This document shows positions 24,001 to 36,000 of a DNA stretch of 40,216 nt, one piece after another (position 1 is the first letter of the stretch; every line of letters begins with the position of its first letter). The notes under the pieces were generated by a model. It was given only the letters and a program-made list of their open reading frames with translations, searched no databases and had not been told where the DNA came from. The translations under genes and the position numbers were made by a program. Source of the stretch: an uncultured bacterium (GTDB taxonomy: Bacteria; Fidelibacterota; Marinisomatia; SCGC-AAA003-L08; GCA-002704045); NCBI GenBank assembly GCA_964439775.1, contig CAYTPF010000001.1, forward strand, positions 761 through 40,976, in the 5' to 3' direction.

Positions 24001-27000
24001 GTTGGCCGCTGGCGCCATAGCGCTGGGCAAAGACACCGTCACCGGAGCCGTCCTGATTATAGGATTCCCAAGTAACGACATAACCGCCGTCGGTCAGTCC
24101 GGCCATGGACGGCTGCTGTTGGTGGCCTTCAATGTAGGTATTGACCTGGAACTCTTCGCTGTCTGTCGACGTAAACGTGACTTCGGTTCCGTCACCGAAG
24201 CGGACGCTCTCAATATCTCTGAGCGTATCCGTACCGCCGTCACCGTCTGCGGTGTTGGCGTCGATGATCTGGCTGTTGGTTACGTCGACCCTGTACGCGT
24301 CCGCATCACCCTCGAAGACGGCGACATCGTCACCCTCGCCACCGTCCAGCACATCGTCACCAAGGCCTCCGACAAGCGTATCGTCGCCAGCCTGACCCTG
24401 CAGATGATCGGCACCGTCGCCACCCGACAAGACATCACCACCAACGCCGCCAATCAGAAGGTCATCGCCGTCATCGCCGTAGACCGATGAGCCAATCTTT
24501 GCCGTGCCGGAGACGACAATCTCCGCATTAAACGTATCCTGCGTAACACTGGCACTGCCCAGGGTTACGGTCTGAACCGCGTTATCACTGAGCGTTCCAC
24601 CATCAGTTGCGGTTGCAGTCAGAGCAAACGACGTACCCTCACCCGCGCTCAGAATAACTTCGTTAACACCGCCGCCGGTCGTCGCCGTTACGTCGAGCCC
24701 GGCTCCGTTCACGGCCGACACCAACTGTTCTCTGACATCGGTCATGGTGTCGCCGGCGACCGCCGTGTACGTCACATCCTGATCATCAAGGGTCAGCGTG
24801 TAGCTATCGCCCGCTTCAATGTCGCCGAACAGACGAACCGCTTCGAGGGTGGAGCCGGTGATATCCGCTGACTGGGCCGAAGAAGCAAACGTGACGGGGG
24901 CACCGCTGGCATCGAAACGGTGGCCGTAAATGCCGTAGCCATTGCCATCCTGTCCGGCCGATTCCCAACTGACGAGGAAGCCGCCATCCACAAGAGCCGT
25001 CACCGACGGATCCTGCTGGCTTCCCTGGGTCTCTGCATTGACCCGGAACTCACCACCGACCTCGACACCTTGGCTGTTGTAAAGCTGGCCATAGACGCCG
25101 TAGCCGCCGCCGTCCTGCATGCTCGACCAGGTTACGACAAAGCCCGCATCCGTCCCGGTCAGGCCGGTGACGTCGTGCATCTTCTGGTCGCCGGCAATCT
25201 CTGTATTGGCCAGGAACTCACCGCCGACCTTGTTGCCGTTCTGATCAAATACCTGACCCTGAATGTCGTAACCGCTGCCGTCATTGCTGGTGGTGTTGTC
25301 TTCCCAGGTAACGACGAAGCCGCCGCCGTCCAGGCGGGCAACCTCAGGCTGATAACTTGAGCTGTGCTGACTGACTTCGAACTCGCCGCCTTGTGGGCTG
25401 CCGTCCCGGTCAAAGATCTGGGCGAAGGTCTTGTTGTGGCTGTCGGAATACCACGTCACCACAAACCCGCCACCATCCAGATCCGTAACGGATTGCTGAT
25501 ACTGGTTGCTGGAAGTCGTGGTATTGACCCGGAACTCATAGCTCTCGGCTTCGCCTTCCGCATCATACATCTTGCCGTAGACGCCCCAGGTGTTGCTCGA
25601 GTCCTGGTAGTAGGAATCCCAGGTGACAACGAAGCCGCCGTTATCAAGCGCCGCAATCGAGGGCTCCTGCTGATCCCGATTGGTGTACGTGTTGACCTGG
25701 AACTCGTCACCCTTCGCCGTTCCGTCGGCACCGAACCGCTGACCGAAGATACCGTTGTAGCTATCGTTCTGGCCCTGCTCTTGATAGGTGCCCTGCCAGG
25801 TGACGACAAAGTCACCGCTCTTCAGTGCCGTGACACTCGGTTTAGTTTGCTGTGCGCTCGAGTTCGAATTGTACGTATGGACCTGGAACTCACCGCCCAG
25901 CATCGCGCCGTCGGCACTATGGAGTTGCCCGTAGATCCCGTATCCGCTGCCGTCCTGGCTCTCGGATTCCCAAGTCGTCACAAAATTGCCGTCTTCCAGA
26001 CGCGTCGTCGACGGGTTCTGCTGATCGCCATCAGTATAGGTGTTGATCTGGAACTCGTTGGCGCCCGATACCATGGACGTCAGCACCAGTTCGCTGGCGC
26101 TATCGCCACCGCCGGCCGTGACCATGGATGCCGCCTGGGCATCGGTATTGATTGCGCCCACCAGGCCGGCCCGGACCTCGACAAGCGTGTCACCCGGCTG
26201 TGTCTCATAGCTGACGTCATGGCCGTTAACGGTGACCGTGTAGATATCCCGGACCTCACCCGAAAGCGTGATCTTGCTGACCTGGCTCGCCACCACGGTT
26301 CCGTCGATCGTCACCATGTCATCGCCGTCACCTGCATTGACGATCTCGGTATCGCGGACGATCGCCGAATCGTCACCATCACCGAGAGTGATGGTGTCGT
26401 TGCCGGCGCCAAGATCGATCAGCAGGTTGGTCGCACTCGCAACCGCCTCCGTATCGTCACCGTCCGTTCCGGTGTACAGCGTCATCTCCGCCGGCGTCGC
26501 ACCCGGCGTATCGCCGGTCATGCTGACATCGAAGCGCTGACCGTAAATACCGTAACCCGAACCATCCTGACCGCTGGATTCCCAGGTGACCATGAAGCCG
26601 CCATCGGCAAGAGAGGCTACCGACGGGTCGACCTGCTGGCTCGAAATATAGGTGTTGGCCATGAACTCGTCGCCAACCGGCGTGCCCGTGATGTCGAACA
26701 ACTGACCGCGAATATCCGAGCTGGATCCACCGTTCTGGCCACTGTCGTCCTGCCAGGTGACAACAAAGCCAGCGTTCGTGCCCTCAAGAGCCGTCACCGA
26801 CGGCAGGTACTGGGAACTGCTGGTCCAGGTGTTGATCCGGAAATCCCCACCCAGGGCCTCCGGCGTTGTTAACGCATCACCATTATCGTCAACCGTGGTA
26901 AAGATCTGGCCGCGAACGTCGTAGCTGGAACCCGTTGTGCTGTCGTTATCGTTCGTGTCGTGGTAGCTGCCATGGTCATCACGCCAGGTAACGATGAACT

Positions 27001-30000
27001 TACCATTGCCGAGATCAGCCATCGCCGGCTCGTACTGCGCGCCGCTGTCCGCATCGGCATTGACCAGGAAGTCCTCGCCGACCTTCTCACCCGCCGCATC
27101 AAAGCGCTGACCAAAGACATCAATACCGCTGCCGCCATCATGGCTGCCGCCATTGTTATCACGCCAGGTGACGACAAAGCCGCCGTCCGACAGAGAGGTA
27201 ATCGCCGGATCATACTGACTGCCCGACGTATAAGTGTTCACCAGAATCTCGTCGGCGGACACAATCGGCGTATCGACCGGATTGCCGTCCGCATCCGTCA
27301 CGCTCACAATCTTGGCGAAGATGTCGTGGCTGGAGCCGCCACGTGAACCCGCGTTGCCGTCGTCATCGCGCCAGGCCACCGCAAAATTACCATCCGCAAG
27401 TGCCGTGATCGAACCTTCGTACTGGCTGCCGGAGGTATAGGTATTGACGATAAACTCACTGCCCTGCGCCGATCCCGTTGCATCATAGCGCTGACCAAAG
27501 ACGCCGTAGTCCCAGCCACCGGCGTCATAGAGACCGTCCCAGGTAATGACGAAGCCGCCGTCCTCGAGCGCCGTGATATCTGGCCGCTGCTGATAATAAT
27601 AAGTCTTCGTATTGACCTGGAAGCTCTCGCCCGAGGGCAATCCGGAAGGTCCGTACACCTGGGCGTAGATGCCCTGCTGACTACCATCCTCGCCATAGGA
27701 ATCCCAGGTCACCACGTAGCCGCCGTCGGCAAGGCCGGTAACCGCCGGGTTGAGCTGGTCATTCATGCCATAGGACGTATTGACCTGGAACTCTTCCAGG
27801 GTCTCGGTCGTATAACCGGCGGTCTGCGTCGTCGAGCCTGTATCGGTCGTCGTCGTCGTCGTCGAACCGCTGCCCGATCCCGCACCTTGCGCCGCCAGAG
27901 CATCTACCGCGTCCGCTTGCGCCGAAACCGCAGCCGCATCAACCGCTTCACCCGCCTGCGCCGCGCCACTTTGTTGCGCGGCAACGCCGCTCGCCGAAAG
28001 CGCGGCATCGGGAGCCGATACTTGATAGTCGGTCACCGTGACCAGGCCGCTGAGCGTCGTCACAGCACTATCCGCCGTGTGTGTCAGGGTCGTGTCAGTA
28101 CCATCGTCCCCAATCGCGTAGTCGCCGTCATCAAACCGCAGCGTCTCGATGCCATAGAGCGTATCGGCATCGCCGGCGCTATCCGTCACCGTCAGGACGC
28201 CGGCCTCGACCGTCACCGTGTAGTCCGTGAAGTTCCCGCCGAAGATCGCGATATCGGCGTCCGCACCCCCAGCAAGGATGTCACGGCCTTCACCACCAAT
28301 CAGGGTATCGTCGCCGTCACCGCCGACCACCGTGTCGTCGCCGCCGCCACCACGGACGAAGTCGTTACCATCACCGCCCTGGAGAATGTCATCGCTGTCG
28401 CCGCCGTAAAGGGCATCGTTCCCGGCTTCACCGTCAACCCGCGCACCAAGCGCATCACCGGCGCTGAACACCTGGGTCGCATTTAGTGCGCCAGCACCCG
28501 TCGCATCCACCGACAGACTGAACTGCTGCGGCTCACCATTGGCATCAAAGCGGCGGGCGTAGATATCTGTGCTTGAACCGCCACGGTCGCCGCCGCTGCC
28601 ATCATGATCGGCCCAGGAAATCAGGAAGCCGCCGTCGTCAAGCCTACTGATTGTCTGCTCGTTCTGCGTCCCCGAAAGATGCTCATCGTTGGCGACAATC
28701 TCATCACCAACCTTCTGAGGCGTGCCGCTGACCGGATTACCATTAGCATCCGTGGTCGAGAAGGCCTGGCCGTAGACGTCTCCATTCCAGTAATACCAGG
28801 CAACGGCAAAGCCTTCGTCTGTAGCCGTAACCTCGGGATATGCCATATGGATGTCCATCGAGGTATTGATCCGGAACTCGTCACCGTCCGGGGCCCCGGT
28901 TGCGTCGTAGCGCTGACCGAAGACACCGTAATGGGAGCCGCCATCAACGCTCGAATGGGTCGAATGGCTGGTCCAGGTGACAACGAAACCGCCGTCATCA
29001 AGCGAGGCAACCGACGGGTATTCCTGGGTTCCCGATTTGGAATTGATGACCGTACCGTTGCTATTCTGCGTTGCGCCGTCGCCGCTGGCGTTGACCAGAA
29101 ACTCGTCAATGCCCACAACCGGTGTGTCTACCGGGCCGTTACTGCCATCCGTGGTCGTGAATGTCTTGGCAAAAATATCGTGACTGGATCCCTCGCGACC
29201 ATCCGCACTGCCGTCTGAATCTTCCCAGGTCACCACAAAGCCATCACCGTGCGCGGCTATCGAGGAGTGGTACTGGGTCCCGCCGGCGTAGCTGTTGACC
29301 AGGAACTCGGCACCCACTTCCGTACCCGTCGCGTCATAGCGCTGACCGTACACATCCGTGCCACTTCCTGGGTCTGCATTATTGCTGCCTTCGTTATCAC
29401 CCCAAAGGATGACAAACCCGCCGTCCTGCAACGCCGTGATCTGAGGATCATTTTGCGTGCCGCTGACGGCCGTGTTGACCAGGAACTCATCGATCTGGGT
29501 GATCGGCGTATCAACAGGCGTTGCGCCGTCGTGCGTCGTGAAGATCTTGGCGCGGATATCTGTGCTGCTGCCGTCCCCGTGACCGCTGTCGTCCTGCCAC
29601 GTCACCACGAAGCCGTCACCATGCGGGGCTACCGATGCATAATACTGAGTGCTGCTTGTATAGCTGTTGACCATGAACTCATCGCCAACCGCCTGTCCGC
29701 CCGCATCGTAGCGCTGACCGAAGACACCGCTGCTATCTTGAGCACCACTCCCATGCCAAATAACAACGTAGCTACCATCGCTCAGCGTTGTGCTTGATGG
29801 ATCGTTCTGACTGCTCGATACGTAGCTGTTGACCCGGAACGCACCGGCGCCGGCCTCATTGGCCCGCACAATAATGTCATCAGAGCCGTCACCGATCATC
29901 GCCGTGACCGCTGCCGACACATCGGCATCGCCGTTGATGGCATCAATCAGGCCGGCGCGCACCTCGGCGACATCGTCGCCGGCCGCAGCCGTATAAGTCA

Positions 30001-33000
30001 CCGTCGTGCCGTTCACGGTCGCCGTGAAGTCTTCACCCTCGGCAACCGTGCCGCTGATCGTCATCCGGTCCGTCTGGTGCGCGAAGTTCTCACCGCTAAC
30101 AACCGCCAGGTCGTCGCCACCACCGAGGTTCACTTCTTCGACATTGGAGACCGTGATCGCATCTGCCTGATCGCCCAAGTCGACCCGGTCGATACCGTCA
30201 CCAAGATCGATGCTAACGCCGCTCTGGGCCGCATCGAAGACCAGTATCTCGTCCGCCGAACCGCCAATCAGCTTCGCTTCCGTCGCCTTACTGCCGTCGG
30301 CGTTGAAGTGCTGGCCGTAAATGCCGTAGGAACTGGAGTAATCCTGATAACGCGATTCCCAGGTGACGACGAAGCTGCCATCGTCGAGAGCCGTCACCGA
30401 CGGATCTTGCTGATCATGGCTCGTATAACTATTAACCCGGAACTCAGAGCCCTGCTCGGCACCGGTGGCATTGAACACCTGACCATAAATACCGTAGCCC
30501 GAACCATCCTGGTTGCTGGATTGCCAGGTGGCAACAAAGCCACCCTCACTCAACGCCGTCACCGACGGATAGCTCTGGGTGCTGCTCGTATAACTGTTGA
30601 CCCGGAACTCGGAGCCCTGCTCGGTACCATCGGCATTGAACATCTGCGCATAGACGTCCGCACGTCCACCGTCGTACCAGGTGACGACAAACGCATCATC
30701 GGCAAGCGCCGTCACCGACGGATAGTACTGCTCACTGGACGTGGTATCGGTGTTGACCAGGAACTCACCATCACTGTGCGGCGTGCCGTCAGCTGCGAAG
30801 CGCTGACCGTAGATGCCGTACTGGCTGCCATCCTGGCCGTTCGACATCCAGGTGACGATGTAACCGCCGTCACTGAAACTGGTCACCGACGGTTGTTGTT
30901 GATGGTTATTGGTATGGGTGTTGACCTGGAACTGACCGCCCGCAACCGCTGTCGGCGTATCCACACCCGTTGTCGTAAACTGCTGGCCGAAGACAGCGTA
31001 GTTGCTGCCATCGGTGAACCCGGCGTCTGTCCGGGTCGTATTGCCCGCCTCATCGCCCCAGGTCACAACAAAGTTACCGCTGCCAAGATCCGTCACCGAT
31101 GGATGATGTTGGTCACCCGACGTGTAACTGTTGACAGCAAACTCATCGCCCAACATCTGTCCATTGCTATCAAAACGCTGGCCAACGATGCCGTAGCCAG
31201 CATCATCGTAATCGGCAATGTCGCCATCTCGTGTGCTGTTCGATTCCCAGGTAACGACGAAGCTACCGTCGCTCAGCCCCGTAACCGATGGCTCGCTTTG
31301 GTGATTATGCGTATCGGTATTGACCCGGAACTCCTCACCAAGGGCTTCGCCGCCGTTGGTATAGAGCTGGCCGTAGGTGTTGTAATAGCTCCCGTCGTCG
31401 TCCTGGTTATAGGATTGCCAGACCACCACATAACCGCCGCCAGCCAGCTTATCGACCGATGCATTGACCTGATGGTTGTGTGTAAAGGTGTTAACCCGGA
31501 ACTCGTCTTCCGCATCACCGGAGAAAGTCAGCTCGCCGTCATTGAACTGGATCGTCTCGACGTCCTTACCCAGCGTGTCGGTGCCATCATCACCGTCGGC
31601 AAGATCACCGTCAGTAATCGTCCGGTTGGTCATGTCGAGGCGGTAGTCCGACATCTCTCCGGAATAGAGAGCAACGTCATCTCCGTCGCCACCGGCAATC
31701 ATGTCATCACCGGCACCACCGATCATCACATCATCACCGGAACCGCCCTGGATCAGGTCGTCACCAATGCCACCATCAATGCGGTCGTCGCCACTACCGC
31801 CCTGAAGCTTGTCCTCACCAGCGTCACCTTTGAGAACGTCATCGCCACCCGAACCGGCAATCCGGTCATCACCATCACCACCGGACAGGTTGTCCGCAGC
31901 ACCGCCGCCTATCAGTGCATCGTCACCATCGCCGCCGTAGACGGCGCCGAAGGTATCGGTGCCGCTGAGCTCATGGCTGACCGTCGCCGCATTGTCATCC
32001 GTGCTCGCCAGCGATGTCGTGTTCTGGGTGCTGCCGCTGGCCGCAAACGTCGCTCCCGCCGTCGTCGCCGTCAGGATGATCTGGCCGTCTTCGGAACCCG
32101 CGCTCGCCGTCACCGTTGTGCTGATCGTAGCGTCGGCATCAAGACTGGTTAGTAAGCTGTCGCGAATGTCGGCAATGCTCTCACCCGTCGAGACCGTGTG
32201 GGAGACACTGTCGCCACCAATGCTGAGTGTGTAGCTGTCACCCGCCTCGATGGTACCAGCAACCGTCACCTGGCTGACCTGGTTCACATTGGCACTGGTG
32301 TCACTGACCGTCGTTACCGTCGCGCTGTCCGCCGGTGCAACCGACGTCTGCAGGGCTGTCCCCGCATCAACGGTGCTGAGAACGATCGTCGAAGCACCCT
32401 CGCCTTCGGCCCTGACCATGGAACTCACATCCGGGTCGGCACCGATGGAACCCATCAGGCCGGCGCGGACGGCTGCAGCCGTATCACCCGCCTGAGCCGT
32501 GTAACTCACCGTATGTGTATCGGTGCCATCCGAGACGCTGAGGCTGTATTCCTCGCCCTGCGTAATGCTGGTCAGGTCAATCCGGTCAATCTGGTGCAGG
32601 CTGGCCACCGCATCGTGCAAGACGTCAACCGTCACCGTCGCATCATCGAGACCGCCCGCATTGTTAAACGCTTCAGCCGAAGCGAAGAAGGGGTTGGTCG
32701 AACCATCGACGCCAAAGCGCTGACCATAAATACCGTAACCCGAGCCGTCCTGGCCGCTGGATTCCCAAGTGACCATGAAGCCGCCGTCTTTGAGCGCCGC
32801 CACCGACGGATCATACTGATCGCTCGAGGTGTAGGTGTTGACCTGGAACTCGTCGCCGAAGGTGTTGCCCTGCGCGTCATAACGCTGACCAAAGATACCG
32901 TAGCTTGAGCCATCCTGACCGCTGGACTGCCACGTGACGACAAAGCCGCCGTCCAGCAAGGCCGTGACGTCTGGCTTTGTCTGCTCACTCGAGGTGTAGG

Positions 33001-36000
33001 TGTTGGCCTGGAACTCATTACCGTCCGTGCTGCCATCGGCGTTGAAGCGCTGGCCGTAGATGCCGTAGCCCGAGCCATCCTGACCGCTGGATTCCCAGGT
33101 AATGACGAAGCCGCCGTCGGCAAGGTCGGCAATCGACGGGTTGTACTGATCGTTGTTCGTATAGGTATTGACCTGGAACTCGGTGCCATCCGCATTGCCG
33201 TCGGCATCGAAGCGCTGGCCGTAAATACCGTAGTTGCTGTTGCCATTACCATTGCTGTCGAGGTCATCCTGGTAACGGCTCTCCCATGTGACCACAAAGC
33301 CGCCATCCTGGAGCGAGGCTATCGATGGGTCTTCCTGATTATTATACGTCTCCGTATTAATCTGGAAGGCATTACCCGCCTGTTCGCCATCCACATCAAA
33401 GCGCTGGCCGTAGACACTGTAACCGTCATCATCCCCGTAAGATGAACTTCCCACCGTCCAGGTTGTGACAAAGCCGCCGTCCTTAAGACCCGTAATCGAA
33501 GGCTGGGACGGTGAATAGTTCGCATCCGCAACGACAAACTCGCTGCCCGAAGGCGTGCCGTCCGCATCATAGCGCTGGCCGCGAAGGTCGTTATTGTTGC
33601 CGCTGTACCAAGCTGCGACAAAACCGCCGTCCTCAAGCGCCGTCACCGATACACTGTTCTGAGAGGAGTTGGTCAGGGTATTGACCCGGAACTCATCACC
33701 GATAGCATTGCCGCTGGCGTCATAACGCTGGCCATAGACACCTTCACCAGAACCGTCTCGGCCACTCTCATCGGTCCACATCACCACCACGCTGCCGTCA
33801 TTCAGCGTCGTCGCCGAAGGATCTTTCTGCGTGCTCGACGTGTACGTATTAATCTGAAACTCTTTCTGGACACCCGCTTCGCCGGCCCGGATCACGATCT
33901 CGTCGGCCGCGTCACCTGCCATGACAACGACCGCATCGGAAGCCCCGGCATTCAGCGCATCGATCAGGCCGGTCCGAACCTCGGCAATGCTATCGCCATC
34001 CTCGACCCGGTAGCTCACCTTCGTCGCATTGACCGTGACCGTGTAAACATCACCCGTCTCAATCGTGCCGGACAGCTTAACCACGTCCGTCTGGTGCGCC
34101 AGGTTGTCGCCGGTAACGACCGCCATATCATTGCCGTCACCGAGGTCGACCGTCTCCGTATTGGCCACCGCAATGCTGTCGTCGCCGGCGCCAAGCGTCA
34201 GCGTATCGATGCCGTCACCGAGATCGATGGCAAGACCGTCCTGAGCCGCATCAAAGATCAGCGTCTCGTCACCCGAACCGCCAATCAGCTTGGCATCACT
34301 GGCCTTCGTGCCGTCGGCATTGAAGTGCTGCGAGAAGATGCCCCAGTCGCTGGAGCCATTGTTATCTTGATACTCAGATTCCCAAGCGACAACAAAGCTG
34401 CCGTCGGCAAGCGCTGTCACCACCGGATCTTGCTGCGACTGATACGTCTCCGTGCTCACCTGGAACTCATCGCCAACCGGGACACCGCTGGTGTCATAGC
34501 GCTGGGCGAAGATCCCATATTCGTGACCGTCTTGATTGTAGCCTGCCCAGGTGACAACAAAACCGTCGCTGCCCAGGCTGGTCACCGTCGCGTCATACTG
34601 CGTACTACTTGTGTACGTATTGGCCTGGAACAAATCACCGTTCGGGACCGGCGTATCATCATCCGTTCCCGAAACCATCGTGAACTTCTGACCAAACACC
34701 GCCCAGTCGCTGTTATCGAACCCGGAACCCAGCTCATTCGAGCGGGAGTTGGTCGCCTCATCACCCCAGGTGACAACGAACTCGCCGTTGTCGAGGCCGG
34801 CCACCGAGGGCTGATGCTGATCGCGAACTGTCCGGTCCGCATTGACCATAAACTCGTCGCCAACCGTGTTGCCCGAAGCATCGAACTGCTGGCCGTAAAT
34901 GTTATAATAACCGCCGTCGCCATCCTGATTATAGGATTCCCAGACCTTCACAAAGCCGCCATCCGAGAGCGATGCCAAAGCCTCACCTGAGTTGGCACCC
35001 GGGTTATACTGATTGCTTGAGGTATAGGTGTTGACCTGGAACAGATCCCCGTCCGTCGACGGCGTATCGCCACCCACCGTCGTAAACTTCTGACCAAATA
35101 CCGCCCAATCGCTGTTGTCGAAACCGGAGCCCAGCTCGCTTGAGCGCGAGCTTGTGCTCTCGTCACTCCAGGTGATGACAAACTCACCATTATCGAGACC
35201 GGTTACCGACGGGTCATGCTGATCACGGATCGTCCGATCCACATTGGCCATGAACTCGTCGCCAACTGAACCGCCATTCGCATCAAAACGCTGACCATAG
35301 ATATTATAGTAATGGCTGTCGCCATCCTGGTAGTCCGACTCCCAGGTAACGACAAAACCGCCGTCCGACAGCGAGGCGATCGAAGGATCACTCTGGGTCT
35401 GATAGGTCGTGGTGTTAACCCGGAACTCTTCGCCGAGCGGCGCGCCGCTTGGCGTGAAGACCTGACCGCGGATGTCCGCGCCACTGCCACCATCATGACC
35501 ACTGTCGTCCTGCCAGGTCACCACATAGTTGCCATCGGCAAGACCCGTGATCGACGGATCATGCTGGGAGGAAGGCTCCCAGGTATTGACCTGAACCTCT
35601 TCCGCCTCGCTCGACAGCGTCAGTTCGCCGTCACTGAAGCGAACCGTCTCGATGCCATCCAGCGTATCCGTGCCGTCGTCACCATCCGTTGTATTGATAT
35701 CAGTGACCGTGCCGGCATCCGTATCCAGGCGGTAATCCGACATCTTCCCGGAGAACTCGGCAACGTCACTACCGTCGCCACCCTTCAACGTGTCGTCCCC
35801 GGCGCCGCCGATCAGGACGTCATCACCACGGCCACCCTTCAGCGTGTCGTTACCGCCAGCACCGTCGAGGATATTGGCCCCGCCGCTGCCTTCAATCACG
35901 TTCGCCGCGTCGTTACCCGTACCAGAGACCGCATCCGGACCGCTGAGATCCAGCTCTTCGATATTGTCACTCAGGGTGTAACTCTCACCCGTGCTGATCA